A stretch of 30,250 bases of DNA from Elsteraceae bacterium (GCA_049240905.1 JBMLRS010000338.1:1-30250), one strand, 5' to 3'; positions 7,074 to 17,376 are shown, counted from the stretch's first letter. Notes: generated by a model not told the origin, from the letters alone. Translations and numbers: made by a program.

Positions 7074-9680
7074 ATGAACGCCCGCTATAACGTGCGCGAG
7101 ACCGAAGCAAAGTGGCAAAAGCGGTGGGAGGAAGCCGGTTGCTTCCGCGTGACCGAAGAGTCGCCGAAGCCGAAGTATTATGTTCTTGAAATGTTCCCGT
7201 ATCCATCCGGGCGCATTCATATGGGGCATGTGCGCAACTACACGCTGGGCGACGTCGTGGCGCGGGCGCGCAAGGCGCAGGGCTTCAACGTGCTTCATCC
7301 GATGGGGTGGGACGCCTTCGGCCTGCCGGCGGAGAACGCGGCGATCCAGAACAAGCGCCATCCGTCCGACTGGACGCATGAAAACATCGCGTCGATGAAG
7401 ACCCAGTTGAAGCCGATGGGGCTTTCCTACGACTGGAGCCGCGAGCTGGCGACCTGCGACCCCAGCTACTACGTCCATGAGCAGAAGATGTTCCTGGACT
7501 TCATGAAGGCGGGCCTGGCCTACCGCCGAGAATCCTGGGTCAATTGGGATCCGATCGAGAACACGGTGCTGGCCAACGAGCAGGTGATCGACGGCCGCGG
7601 CTGGCGCTCCGGCGCGCCAGTGGAGCGGCGCCAACTGCAGCAATGGTTCCTGCGCATCACCCACTACGCGGAGGATCTGCTGAGCGCCCTGGACCGGCTG
7701 GATCGCTGGCCGGACAAGGTGCGCACCATGCAGGAGCGTTGGATCGGCCGCTCCGAAGGCGCGCGGCTGTTCTTCAACCTGAACGGCGCGCCACCGGCCC
7801 CGGATCTGACCAAGATCGAAGTGTTCACCACCCGCCCGGACACGCTCTACGGCGCGTCCTTCCTGGCGGTCGCGCCCAATCATCCGCTGACCCAGGCGCT
7901 GGCCGCCAAGAATCCGGATCTGGCCGGCTTCGTCACCCGCGCGCTGGAGGTCGGGACCTCCGAAGCGGCGCTGGAGACCGCGGAAAAGCTGGGGTTCGAC
8001 ACTGGCTTGACCGTCGCGCACCCGTTCATACCGGGCAAGGCGCTGCCAGTCTTTGTCGCGAACTTCGTGCTGATGGAATATGGCACAGGCGCGATCTTCG
8101 GCTGCCCCGCGCATGACCAGCGCGACCTGGATTTCGCCCGAAAGTACAATCTGCCGGTCACGATCGTGGTGCGTCCGCGCGACGCCGGCCCGGAGTTTGA
8201 GGTTGGAACCGAAGCTTTCAACGGCGACGGCGTGATCGTGAACTCCGACTTCCTGAACGGCCTGGACGTGGCCAGCGCCAAGCGCGCGGCCAACGCCAAG
8301 CTGGAGGAGATCGGCGCCGGCAAATCCACCACGGTCTATCGCCTGCGCGATTGGGGCGTCAGCCGCCAACGCTATTGGGGTTGCCCAATCCCGGTGATCC
8401 ACTGCGCCTCCTGCGGGGTTCTGCCCGTGCCGGAGAAGGATCTGCCGGTGAAGCTGCCGGAGGATGTGAATTTCGACCTGCCGGGCAACCCGCTGGACCG
8501 CCATCCCACCTGGAAGCATGTCGCCTGCCCGAGCTGCGGCAAGCCCGCCCGGCGTGAAACAGACACGTTCGACACTTTTTTCGAATCTTCCTGGTATTTC
8601 GCGCGCTATTGCTCCCCGAACACCACGCTGGCGGAGGCGCCGGGCTTCGACCGCAAGGCGGTCGATTACTGGATGCCGGTCGATCAATATATTGGCGGCG
8701 TGGAGCATGCGGTGCTGCACCTGCTCTATTCCCGCTTCTTCACCCGGGCGCTGCGCGACTGCGGCTATATCGGCGTGGATGAACCGTTCGCGGGCCTGAT
8801 GACGCAGGGCATGGTCTGCCACGAGACCTATCGCGACACGGTCACCGGCGAATGGCTTTATCCCGAAGAGGTCGAGCGCAAGCCCGGCCAGCCGCTGGTC
8901 CGCGTCGGAACTGGCGCGGCGGTGGAGGTCGGCCGGTCGGAGAAGATGAGCAAATCGCGCAAGAACGTCGTCGATCCGACCGTGATCATCGACACCTACG
9001 GCGCCGACACCGCTCGCCTGTTCATGCTGTCCGACAGCCCGCCGGAGCGCGATCTGGACTGGACCGAAGCCGGCATCGAGGGCGCCTGGCGCTTCGTGAA
9101 CCGCCTGTGGCGCATGGCGCAGGACATGCCGGACGCGCCAAAGCAAGCGCCCGAGCTGCCCGCAGGTTCGCCCGCCGATCTGACCCACCGTCTGATGCAC
9201 AAGACCATCGCCGCCGTCAGCGATGATCTGAACAAGTTCCGCTTCAACCGTGCTGTCGCCCGCATCCGTGAGTTCAGCAACGCGCTGGGCGAACTGATTG
9301 GCAATGAGCCCTCCGCGGCGTCCACGGAGGCCCGCTGGGTCTATCGCACCGGCTTTCTGACGCTCTTGCACCTGATCGGCCCGATGACGCCCCATTTGGC
9401 GGAGGAGCTGTGGTCGCTCCTGGAAGGCGCGGACGCCGAGCTGCTGTGCGAGCGTCCTTGGCCAGTCGCCGACGCCGCGCTGGCGGCGGACGACACTGTG
9501 ACGATCGCGGTTCAGGTCAACGGCAAGCTCCGCGCCACCTTGGACGTCGCCCGCGACATGCCCGGTCCCGAGCTGCAGAGCGCCGCCCTGGCGCTCCCGA
9601 TCGTCGCGAAGAGCCTGGACGGCAAAGCGCCGAGAAAAGTGATCGTGGTGCCCAACCGCATTGTGAATGTCGTGCTATAG
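7074..9680 (+). CDS. leuS: Leucine--tRNA ligase
   Basis: [13 protein letters not shown] (HIGH), FTTRPDT editing motif, [15 protein letters not shown]. Start taken at ATG 7074 (7071 is possible); the upstream ATG 7023 comes from the repeat. Confidence 0.97.
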   Translation: MNARYNVRETEAKWQKRWEEAGCFRVTEESPKPKYYVLEMFPYPSGRIHMGHVRNYTLGDVVARARKAQGFNVLHPMGWDAFGLPAENAAIQNKRHPSDWTHENIASMKTQLKPMGLSYDWSRELATCDPSYYVHEQKMFLDFMKAGLAYRRESWVNWDPIENTVLANEQVIDGRGWRSGAPVERRQLQQWFLRITHYAEDLLSALDRLDRWPDKVRTMQERWIGRSEGARLFFNLNGAPPAPDLTKIEVFTTRPDTLYGASFLAVAPNHPLTQALAAKNPDLAGFVTRALEVGTSEAALETAEKLGFDTGLTVAHPFIPGKALPVFVANFVLMEYGTGAIFGCPAHDQRDLDFARKYNLPVTIVVRPRDAGPEFEVGTEAFNGDGVIVNSDFLNGLDVASAKRAANAKLEEIGAGKSTTVYRLRDWGVSRQRYWGCPIPVIHCASCGVLPVPEKDLPVKLPEDVNFDLPGNPLDRHPTWKHVACPSCGKPARRETDTFDTFFESSWYFARYCSPNTTLAEAPGFDRKAVDYWMPVDQYIGGVEHAVLHLLYSRFFTRALRDCGYIGVDEPFAGLMTQGMVCHETYRDTVTGEWLYPEEVERKPGQPLVRVGTGAAVEVGRSEKMSKSRKNVVDPTVIIDTYGADTARLFMLSDSPPERDLDWTEAGIEGAWRFVNRLWRMAQDMPDAPKQAPELPAGSPADLTHRLMHKTIAAVSDDLNKFRFNRAVARIREFSNALGELIGNEPSAASTEARWVYRTGFLTLLHLIGPMTPHLAEELWSLLEGADAELLCERPWPVADAALAADDTVTIAVQVNGKLRATLDVARDMPGPELQSAALALPIVAKSLDGKAPRKVIVVPNRIVNVVL

Positions 9681-9707
9681 GGAGTCTCCATTTCGGGATC
9701 GTTTGGA

Positions 9708-10292
9708 ATGCTGGCAGCCCCTTCTCGATTGTTGCGCCTCGTCGTTCTCGCGCTGCCCTTGCTGGGTGGATGCGGATTCGAACCGCTCTATGGCGATCAG
9801 CGCGGCGGATCGGTGATGGGGCCATTGGCCGCGGTCGAGATCGCGCCGATTCAAGAACGGGTCGGCCAGGAGATTCGCAACCGGCTGATCGATCGGATGC
9901 GCAGCCCAAGCCGGGCCCCAGCCGTTAAATATCGCCTGCTGGTCTCCACCAGCTCCAACCGGGCCGATTATGGCGTGGCGAAGGAAACCTCGCCTACCTT
10001 CTCATCGGTCTCGCTGGTCGCACGCTATTCCCTGTTGGACGCTTCCAGCGGAGTGCTGCTGACCAATAACGCGGCGATCGCGATCGTCAATTTCAGCTCG
10101 ACCACCAGTCCCTTCTCCACCCTCGTCGGCGACGATGACGCGCGGCGGCGGGCGGCGGAGCAGGTCGCCGATACGATCGTCAATCAACTGGCGCTCTATT
10201 TCCAGAATCGGCAACGCGGCGAAACCGACGCGCCGCTCTCACCGCCGGCCATACTCGATCAACCCTTCCTGTCGACGCCTACGCCACGGTGA
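9708..10292 (+). CDS. lptE: LPS assembly lipoprotein LptE
   Basis: Lipobox followed by GCGFEPLYG; conserved leuS-lptE-holA order. Confidence 0.85.
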   Translation: MLAAPSRLLRLVVLALPLLGGCGFEPLYGDQRGGSVMGPLAAVEIAPIQERVGQEIRNRLIDRMRSPSRAPAVKYRLLVSTSSNRADYGVAKETSPTFSSVSLVARYSLLDASSGVLLTNNAAIAIVNFSSTTSPFSTLVGDDDARRRAAEQVADTIVNQLALYFQNRQRGETDAPLSPPAILDQPFLSTPTPR

Positions 10293-11362
10293 CCGCGCCG
10301 GTTGAGACGAACGGCTTCGATCCGGCGGCGATATTGCGCAACGCCGCAATCCGGGTCGTCCTGTTTCATGGCGCGGACGAAGGGCTGATCCGCGCGCGCG
10401 GACGCGCGACCGTCGCCGCCGTCGCCGGCGATCTGGCGGATCCCTTCCGGGTGACGGAGCTTCCGCCCAAGCTGGTGGCTGACGATCCAGTTCGGGTGAA
10501 CGACGAAATGAACTCACAGTCGCTGACCGGCGGCCGCCGCGCCGTCTGGCTGCGCAACGCGCCGGACGCAGCGACCGCGAAAGCGATCGAGGGTTTTCTG
10601 GATCCGGGCGGTCGCCCTCCCCGCGGAGATTCGGTGCTGGTGGTGGAGGCCGGATCGCTGGACAAGCGCAGCGCGCTCCGCGCGCTGCTGGAACGCGCCT
10701 CCTGGGCCGCCGCTGTCGCCTGCTATCCGCTGTCAGGCGATGATCTGCGCCGGATGATCAGCGGCACGATGGTGAAACACAAGCTGCGCATCTCCGACGA
10801 CGCCCTGTCCTATCTAGTGGAGCATCTGGGCGCCGACCAGCAGATGAGCGGGCAGGAGCTGGAGAAGCTCACCCTCTATAAGGCCAGTCAGAGTTCTGAC
10901 CAGGTTTCGCTGGAGGATGTGCTGCTCTCCACCAACGACGCCTCCGCGATCTCGTTAACCGATGCGGTCGCCGCCGCAGCGGAAGGTCGTGGTCGCGATC
11001 TCGTCCGCGCTCTCGACCGGGTATTTCAGGAGGGCGAGAGCGGCGTCCGCGTCGTCCGCGTGCTGTTGGATCACATGCAACGGCTGTTGCAGATCCTGCG
11101 CAATCAGGAAGCCGGGGTGCCCCCGTCCCAAACGGTTCAAACTCTGCGACCGCCCGCCTTCAAGCGCGACGCCGACCGTCTGATCGCCCAGGCCCGGATC
11201 TGGTCCACCGCCCGCGCCGCCTCCGCCACGGATCGCTTGCTGGAAGCGGAGATCCGCTGCAAGAGCACGGGCTTTCCAGCAGAAGTGATCGCCGGTCAGG
11301 CGTTTCTGGAGATCGCGCTGATCGCTCAGACTGTTTCACGTGAAACACGCGCCAGACGCTGA
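10289..11362 (+). CDS. holA: DNA polymerase III subunit delta
   Basis: VLFHGADEGLI, SLTGGRRAVW, ELEKLTLY; GTG start overlaps the lptE stop. Confidence 0.92.
   Translation: MTAPVETNGFDPAAILRNAAIRVVLFHGADEGLIRARGRATVAAVAGDLADPFRVTELPPKLVADDPVRVNDEMNSQSLTGGRRAVWLRNAPDAATAKAIEGFLDPGGRPPRGDSVLVVEAGSLDKRSALRALLERASWAAAVACYPLSGDDLRRMISGTMVKHKLRISDDALSYLVEHLGADQQMSGQELEKLTLYKASQSSDQVSLEDVLLSTNDASAISLTDAVAAAAEGRGRDLVRALDRVFQEGESGVRVVRVLLDHMQRLLQILRNQEAGVPPSQTVQTLRPPAFKRDADRLIAQARIWSTARAASATDRLLEAEIRCKSTGFPAEVIAGQAFLEIALIAQTVSRETRARR
11332..11347. other. parS site (perfect palindrome TGTTTCACGTGAAACA) inside the holA 3' end
   Basis: Exact match to the canonical bacterial parS; about 50 bp from the parB stop codon. 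Confidence 0.92.
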
Positions 11363-11375
11363 TTCACGTGAAGCG
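11360..11375. other. Degenerate parS (TGATTCACGTGAAGCG) overlapping the holA stop codon
   Basis: 13/16 match to parS, starting 28 bp after the perfect site; intact TTCACGTGAA core. Confidence 0.55.
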
Positions 11376-11394
11376 CCGTCGCTGGGCATGCTGA

Positions 11395-12312
11395 TCAGCC
11401 TGGCGTCGAATTCAGCCGCTGAATCAAATCATCGAGCTGTTCGAACGTCCGATATTCCACCACGAGCTTGCCGGCGCCCTTCGAGGGACCAGCCTCGATC
11501 TTGACGCCCATGCCGAGCATCTCGGTCAGGTCCCGCTCCAGCGCCAACTGATCCGCGTCGGCGCCATCGCTTGACGACGCCCCGGGCGCTTCCTTGAACA
11601 GGTTCGGCGGCTTCTTGGCGTTCTTGTTCGCCGCGGCAAGTTTTTCCGCGTCACGCACGGACAGGCCACGCGCGATGATCGCAGCGGCGATCTTGTCGGG
11701 CTCCGCCGCCGTCACCAAGGTGCGGGCATGGCCAGCGGAAAGTTTGCCGGCGTTCACCAGATCCTTGATGCTCGTGGGCAAGGTCAGAAGGCGCAGGCTG
11801 TTGGCGATGTGGCTGCGGCTGCGCGCGAGCCGCTGGGCCAGCTCTTCCTGGGTATGGCCGAACTGTTCGATCAAAGCGCGGTAGGCGTCGGCCTCTTCGA
11901 TCGGCGTCAGCTCCTCCCGCTCCAGATTCTCGATCAGCGCGAGTTCGAGCGTGTTGCGGTCATCCGCCTCGCGCACAATCGCCGGCACTTCATGCAGGGC
12001 GGCGCGCTGCGCCGCACGCCAGCGCCGTTCGCCAGCGATGATCTCGAACTTGTTCTCCTCGCCCTCGACGCGGCGAACGATCAGCGGTTCAATGATCCCA
12101 TGCTGGCGGATGGAGTGCGCCAGAGACTCGAGCGCGTCCTCGTCGAACACCCGGCGCGGCTGGAATCGGCCGGGCTGAAGCCGCTCTACTGGCAAGCGTC
12201 GAACTTGACCATCCTCCGTCGCGCTCGGCGCCGGCGCTTCGTCTCCAAACAGGGCGGAGAGCCCGCGTCCCAGGCCCCGCGCCTTCGGCTTCACGCCACC
12301 CTCAGCCTTCAT
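11395..12312 (-). CDS. parB: Chromosome partitioning protein ParB
   Basis: GLGRGLSALF N-terminal peptide, QPRRVF, IIAGERRWRAA, ALIENL, HTH RSRSHIANSLRLL. Confidence 0.97.
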   Translation of the reverse strand: MKAEGGVKPKARGLGRGLSALFGDEAPAPSATEDGQVRRLPVERLQPGRFQPRRVFDEDALESLAHSIRQHGIIEPLIVRRVEGEENKFEIIAGERRWRAAQRAALHEVPAIVREADDRNTLELALIENLEREELTPIEEADAYRALIEQFGHTQEELAQRLARSRSHIANSLRLLTLPTSIKDLVNAGKLSAGHARTLVTAAEPDKIAAAIIARGLSVRDAEKLAAANKNAKKPPNLFKEAPGASSSDGADADQLALERDLTEMLGMGVKIEAGPSKGAGKLVVEYRTFEQLDDLIQRLNSTPG

Positions 12313-13112
12313 GCTCCAGCCCCCTTTTCCCGACGCAGGAACTCGCCAGCCAACGTCACATAGGCCTGCGCGCCGGGAGATTTGAAATCATACAGCAAGA
12401 CCGGAATTCCGTGACTCGGCGCTTCGGAGAGACGCACGTTGCGGGGAATCACGGTGTCGAAAACTTTGCCGCCCAGATGACCGCGCACGTCGGTTTCAAC
12501 CAGGCTCGACAGATTGTTGCGGCGATCGAACTTGGTCAGCACCACACCGGAGATCGACAGAGTCGGGTTCGTTGTCTTTCGCACCCGTTCGATCGTGCCT
12601 AGCATCTGGCTGAGACCCTCCAAGGCGAAGAACTCGCATTCGAGCGGCAGCAGCACCGAGTTTGAGGCGACCAAGCCATTGAGCGACAGAAGCCCCAGCG
12701 ACGGCGGGCAATCGATCAGGATGTAATCATACTCTCCGGCGATCTGCGCTAATCCGCGTTGCAGCGCGAACTCTCGGTCTTCCTGGTCCACCAATTCCAA
12801 CTCGGCGCCGGTCAGGTCTTCGCTTCCAGTGATGATCGAGAGATTCGGAACGCCGGTCGGTCGGACGACATTGGCCGGGGCCGCCGTGCCGATCAGCACT
12901 TCATAAGTACCCGCGCCACGGGTGCGGCGATCGATGCCGAAGCCTGTCGTCGCATTACCCTGGGAATCAAGGTCGACGACCAACACGCGCAAACCAGTCG
13001 CTGCGAAGGCGGTGGCGAGATTGATGACTGTCGTGGTTTTCCCGACGCCGCCCTTTCTGTTGGCGACGGCGATGATCCGCGCCTTGCCGGCGGCTTTACG
13101 CGGCTGCGTCAT
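12309..13112 (-). CDS. parA: Chromosome partitioning ATPase ParA
   Basis: Deviant Walker A NRKGGVGKTTT, DLDSQGNAT, IDCPPSLG, IPRNVRLSEAPSHG. Confidence 0.97.
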   Translation of the reverse strand: MTQPRKAAGKARIIAVANRKGGVGKTTTVINLATAFAATGLRVLVVDLDSQGNATTGFGIDRRTRGAGTYEVLIGTAAPANVVRPTGVPNLSIITGSEDLTGAELELVDQEDREFALQRGLAQIAGEYDYILIDCPPSLGLLSLNGLVASNSVLLPLECEFFALEGLSQMLGTIERVRKTTNPTLSISGVVLTKFDRRNNLSSLVETDVRGHLGGKVFDTVIPRNVRLSEAPSHGIPVLLYDFKSPGAQAYVTLAGEFLRREKGAGA

Positions 13113-13743
13113 GATGTTCCCCTTCGCGCGTCAGACGCTCGACCCGCAGCAAGCAGCCAGCGGGGTCGGTCGCGCTGGCGATCCGCTCGATATGATATCC
13201 CTGAAGCCCGGCCATCTCCTCCTCCGCCTGGGCGCCTTTGGCGAACAGACCCACCGCCCCGCGCGCCAGCAGGGGATCTGACCAAATCAAAAGCTGGGCC
13301 AACGGCGCGCAAGCCCGCGCGGTCACTAGGTCCACCTCCAGCATGGCCAGCGATTCGATCCGTGCGGCGTGAATGGTGACGCCGTCTAGCGCCATCACGC
13401 GCGCGGCCTCCCGCAGGAAGCTGGCTTTGCGTTGATCTGATTCGATCAGATGAACCTGAAATCCTGGTCGCCCGATCCCGGGATCCGCCGCCAGCACAGC
13501 GAGCACCAAACCAGGAAACCCACCGCCAGATCCGATGTCCGCGAGCGAACGCGCGCTTGCTGGGACGTGTTTCCAGAACTGCGCTGAGTCCAGAAAATGC
13601 CGATCCCAGACCTCCGCCAGAGTCTTTGGCCCGACCAAATTGATCGCCTTCTGCCATTTCGCCAGCAAGGCTTCATAGCGATCGAGCCGCTCCAGGGTGA
13701 TCTCGGCCGCCCCGGTGTAAGACCGTAAGCGCTTACGCGGCAT
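13096..13743 (-). CDS. rsmG: 16S rRNA m7G527 methyltransferase RsmG (GidB)
   Basis: [36 protein letters not shown]. Probable ATG at 13743 overlapping the mnmG end. Confidence 0.93.
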   Translation of the reverse strand: MPRKRLRSYTGAAEITLERLDRYEALLAKWQKAINLVGPKTLAEVWDRHFLDSAQFWKHVPASARSLADIGSGGGFPGLVLAVLAADPGIGRPGFQVHLIESDQRKASFLREAARVMALDGVTIHAARIESLAMLEVDLVTARACAPLAQLLIWSDPLLARGAVGLFAKGAQAEEEMAGLQGYHIERIASATDPAGCLLRVERLTREGEHHDAAA

Positions 13744-15598
13744 CGGCGCGACGGACATGGCGAAGCAAGGCGGTCAACGCTGCGGGCGTGATGCCGGGGA
13801 TCCGGCTGGCCGCGCCCAAGGTCGCCGGCCGCACGGCGGACAGTTTCGTCTTCAGTTCGGTCGACAGGCTGCCAATCGCCTCATAAGAAAGATCGGCGGG
13901 CAGCGCCAAAGATTCATCGCGCTGAAAGGCGCGGATGTCAGCTTCCTGGCGATCGAGATAGCCGTGGTAATGCGCTTCGATCTCGATCTTCTCGAACACT
14001 TCCGGGGCGACGCCGGTCAGTTCCGGCCAAAGGGCCACGAGCTCGGTCTGGCTGGTCGCGCCATAGCGCAGCAAATCGAAGGCGCTGCGCGTCACGCCAT
14101 CCTGATTGACCGCGACGCCTCGCTTCTGCAGTTGAGACGGTGACATCCGCGCGGCGATCATCCTCTCCCGCGCTTCGTCGAGCGCCGCTTGCTGCGCCGT
14201 GAAGGTCCGCGCTCGCTCGGCGCCCACGCAGCCCCATGCGAGCCCCACAGGGGTCAAACGGCGATCGGCGTTATCCACTCGCAGGCTCAACCGATATTCC
14301 GCGCGGCTGGTGAACATCCGGTATGGCTCATTGGTTCCGCGGGTGATCAGATCGTCGATCATCACGCCGATATAGGCCTGGGTGCGATCAAGGGTCAGGG
14401 CGCGGCTTCCGCTGGCTTTCGCCGCCGCGTTCACGCCGGCGATCAGGCCCTGCGCCCCCGCTTCCTCGTAACCGGTGGTGCCATTGATCTGACCAGCCAG
14501 GAACAGGCCGGGGATCGCCCGCGTCTCCAGGCTTTGGCTGAGCGCGCGCGGATCCACGAAATCATATTCAATGGCGTAGCCCGGCCGAAGAATCACCGCG
14601 TTCTCCAGGCCCGGGATCGTCTTCAGCAGGGCCTCCTGCAGCGCGCGAGGAAGCGAGGTGGAGATGCCGTTTGGATAGACCGTGGGATCGTCCAGCCCTT
14701 CCGGCTCCAGGAAGATTTGATGCCCGGTCTTGTCCGCAAAGCGCACGACCTTGTCCTCGATCGACGGGCAATAACGTGGGCCAACCCCTTCGATCTGACC
14801 GCTATAGATCGGCGCCTGATTCAGATTGGCGCGGATCAACTCATGCCCGGCCTGGGTCGTGCTGGTGATATGGCACATCACCTGAGGCGTCGTGATCGCC
14901 GTGGTGAGGGTGGAGAACGGCGTGGGGACGTCATCGCCGGGCTGGGCGGCCAGCCCTTGATAGTCGATGGTGCGACCATCCAGCCTCGGTGGCGTGCCGG
15001 TCTTCAATCGCCCCAGCGGCAGCCCGATCGCCTCCAATCGGCGCGCGAGACCGATCACCGGGGCTTCCCCTACCCGCCCAGCCGGGATCTGCTCTCTGCC
15101 GATATGGATCACGCCGCGCAGGAAGGTGCCAGTCGTCAGCACCGCCGCCCTCGCTGTGAGAGCGCGACCATCCTGCAGAACCACGCCGGCGATCGCCCCA
15201 TCGGCGTCCAAGGTCAGGTCCTCGACGGTGCCTTCCACGACATGCAAGGTCGGCTGCTCCGCCAGAATATCTTTAACCGCCTGGGCGTACAGCTTGCGAT
15301 CCGCCTGCGCCCGCGGGCCGCGCACCGCCGGCCCTTTGCTGCGGTTGAGCATGCGGAACTGGATTCCCCCGCGGTCGATCGCGCGGCCCATCACCCCGTC
15401 CAGGGCGTCAATCTCCCGCACCAGATGACCTTTGCCCAAGCCGCCGATCGCGGGATTGCAAGACATGGCGCCAATGGTTGCGGCGGATTGAGTGACCAAG
15501 GCGGTCCGGGCGCCGAATCGCGCCGCGGCTGAGGCCGCTTCAGCGCCTGCATGGCCGCCGCCGACGACGATCACATCGAAAGAAAGGAGTTCTGTCAT
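13733..15598 (-). CDS. mnmG: tRNA uridine-5-carboxymethylaminomethyl(34) synthesis enzyme MnmG (GidA)
   Basis: [13 protein letters not shown] motif, [35 protein letters not shown]. Start at ATG 15598; the ORF-track N-terminal extension begins inside parS. Confidence 0.97.
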   Translation of the reverse strand: MTELLSFDVIVVGGGHAGAEAASAAARFGARTALVTQSAATIGAMSCNPAIGGLGKGHLVREIDALDGVMGRAIDRGGIQFRMLNRSKGPAVRGPRAQADRKLYAQAVKDILAEQPTLHVVEGTVEDLTLDADGAIAGVVLQDGRALTARAAVLTTGTFLRGVIHIGREQIPAGRVGEAPVIGLARRLEAIGLPLGRLKTGTPPRLDGRTIDYQGLAAQPGDDVPTPFSTLTTAITTPQVMCHITSTTQAGHELIRANLNQAPIYSGQIEGVGPRYCPSIEDKVVRFADKTGHQIFLEPEGLDDPTVYPNGISTSLPRALQEALLKTIPGLENAVILRPGYAIEYDFVDPRALSQSLETRAIPGLFLAGQINGTTGYEEAGAQGLIAGVNAAAKASGSRALTLDRTQAYIGVMIDDLITRGTNEPYRMFTSRAEYRLSLRVDNADRRLTPVGLAWGCVGAERARTFTAQQAALDEARERMIAARMSPSQLQKRGVAVNQDGVTRSAFDLLRYGATSQTELVALWPELTGVAPEVFEKIEIEAHYHGYLDRQEADIRAFQRDESLALPADLSYEAIGSLSTELKTKLSAVRPATLGAASRIPGITPAALTALLRHVRRADAA

Positions 15599-15647
15599 GG
15601 CGGGCGGACCATACGCGGGAGTCATCCGGCTGCCAAGATGCGGGTCC

Positions 15648-15675
15648 TGATTCACCGGTGATTCAGAGCTGATTC
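15648..15675. repeat. Three TGATTC direct repeats with 11-bp period (each a GANTC site)
   Basis: TGATTC at 15648, 15659 and 15670, immediately left of parS. Confidence 0.8.
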
Positions 15676-15677
15676 TC

Positions 15678-15693
15678 TGTTTCACGTGAAACA
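15678..15693. other. parS site (perfect palindrome TGTTTCACGTGAAACA) in the mnmE-mnmG spacer
   Basis: Exact canonical parS match. Confidence 0.92.
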
Positions 15694-15700
15694 TCGCCGC

Positions 15701-16996
15701 TCATTTGCCGATGCAGAACTCCTTGAAGATGACGTCCAACCAATCATCGACATCGACACGACCCGTGACGGACCCGATCGCGCGCGCGGCGAGACGAAGA
15801 TCCTCCGCCGCCAAGTCCGCGCCGCCAGCGCTCTCCGCACGGACCAGGGCGGCGAGCGCCCCCTCGACCGCTTCACGATGCCGGGCGCGCAACACAGGAA
15901 GGCTGGCCCCGACCGACAGGCGTCGTCCAGCGCGCCGAGCCAGCTCCTGCGTCAGCTCGGACAGGCCCTCGCCCGTTAGCGCGGAAACGCCCATGACGCC
16001 CGCCGGCGCAGGCGTCTGGTCGATCTTGTTCGCGACGAGCAGATAGCTCCCGGTCATCTCCACCAGCAGTTCCGGCGAAGCCGCGCCATCCAACAGCAGC
16101 AACTTCAGATCCGCCGATTTGGCCTTCTCCCGCGCCCGACGAACCCCCTCTCGCTCAATCGGGTCGTCCGTCTCCCGCAACCCCGCCGTGTCGATGATGG
16201 TCAGCGGATACCCGCCGAGGTTCAGATGGACCTCGATCGGATCTCGCGTGGTGCCCGCCTGACTGGTGACGATCGCCGCGTCCCGCGCGGCCATACGGTT
16301 CAGCAAGCTCGATTTGCCGGCGTTAGGAGCGCCGAGGATCGCCACGGTGAAGCCGTCCCGCAGCCGCTCTCCCACCCCATCATCCGCCAGATGCGCGCGC
16401 ATCTCTTCCGCCAGCGCGCGGGCTCGCGCCATGGCCTTGGGGATCAGGTCGTCGGGGATCTCCTCGTCGGCGAAATCGATGGTCGCCTCCACCTGGGCCA
16501 TTATGGCCACCAACCGGCCCCGCCAGCCTTCGTAAAGCCGCCGAGCTTCCCCTGCGACGCCTCGGAGCGCCAGGAGCCGCTGCGCCTCGGTCTCCGCCGA
16601 GATCAGATCAGCCAGGGCCTCCACTTCCGTCAGATCCAGCTTGCCGTTCAAAAAGGCCCGCCGGGTGAATTCGCCGGGCTCCGCCGCTCGGCGCCCCTCC
16701 ATTCGGCTGATCGCCTGCACCAGCGCGGCAACCGTGGCGGGGCCGCCATGGATCTGAAACTCCGCCACATCTTCGCCCGTGAAGGAGCCTGGCGCGGGAA
16801 ACCAAAGCGTCAGCCCCTGGTCGATCGCGACGTTCTTCACGGGATCGCGCAACCAGCGCAGACTTGCCTTCCGCGCCTGTGGAATGGCGCCGGCCAAGGC
16901 CTTCAGCGTCTCCCCCGCGTGCGGGCCTGAGACCCGAACCACCGCGACCCCCGCGCGGCCGGGCGCGGTGGCGGTCCAATAGATGGTGTCGGTCAG
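15701..16996 (-). CDS. mnmE: tRNA modification GTPase MnmE (TrmE)
   Basis: GAPNAGKSSL, AGTTRD, DTAGLR, NKID, C-terminal FCIGK. The conserved N-terminus (TDTIY..ATAPGRAGVAVVRVSG) extends to a CTG at 16996, so the start position is inferred. Confidence 0.93.
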   Translation of the reverse strand: MTDTIYWTATAPGRAGVAVVRVSGPHAGETLKALAGAIPQARKASLRWLRDPVKNVAIDQGLTLWFPAPGSFTGEDVAEFQIHGGPATVAALVQAISRMEGRRAAEPGEFTRRAFLNGKLDLTEVEALADLISAETEAQRLLALRGVAGEARRLYEGWRGRLVAIMAQVEATIDFADEEIPDDLIPKAMARARALAEEMRAHLADDGVGERLRDGFTVAILGAPNAGKSSLLNRMAARDAAIVTSQAGTTRDPIEVHLNLGGYPLTIIDTAGLRETDDPIEREGVRRAREKAKSADLKLLLLDGAASPELLVEMTGSYLLVANKIDQTPAPAGVMGVSALTGEGLSELTQELARRAGRRLSVGASLPVLRARHREAVEGALAALVRAESAGGADLAAEDLRLAARAIGSVTGRVDVDDWLDVIFKEFCIGK

Positions 16997-17376
16997 AGGG
17001 CGGCCCGCGCCGCTTCCTGCGCAGCGGTCAGACGCTTCTGGTTGGGCTGCAGCATCAAGCGTTCCACCCGCTTGCCCTCCACCAGATGCGTGGTCAGGAT
17101 CTCATCGATGTCCGCCTTGGTCGCCGCCGTGTACCAGATCCCCTCGGGATAGATCACGATGGTGACCCCCAGTTCGCAGCGATCCAGGCAGCCGGATTGG
17201 TTGATCCGGACGCCCTTGACGCCCAAAGCTTTCGCCTGGTCCTTCATGTGCGCGCGCAGCGCGTCAGCGCCTCGTTCAGCGCAGCTGCCGCGGACATGCC
17301 CAGGTTCGCGACGGTTCACGCAGCAAAAGACATGCGCTTCAAAATAGGGGCGTGGGTCATCAGGCAAATGGGCCAT
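16993..17376 (-). CDS. Thioredoxin-like [2Fe-2S] ferredoxin
   Basis: HVFCCVNRR..GSC...SGCLDRCELG...IYPEGIWY cysteine pattern. Confidence 0.88.
   Translation of the reverse strand: MAHLPDDPRPYFEAHVFCCVNRREPGHVRGSCAERGADALRAHMKDQAKALGVKGVRINQSGCLDRCELGVTIVIYPEGIWYTAATKADIDEILTTHLVEGKRVERLMLQPNQKRLTAAQEAARAAL

Noticed and set aside
7056-9395. Long antisense ORFs (779 aa opposite leuS; also 839-1771, 1964-2917, 3531-4715, 5072-6514, 14189-15532, 19543-20610 and others)
   Set aside because: Shadow frames of high-GC coding genes. They lie opposite recognisable proteins and show no family motifs.
11160-11348. ORF starting MFHVKQ, and the same peptide extending mnmG to 15694
   Set aside because: The start codon and peptide are simply the parS palindrome read in frame, not real N-termini.
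14271-14279. TTATCCACT (8/9 DnaA box) inside mnmG
   Set aside because: Single isolated match in coding sequence, expected by chance.
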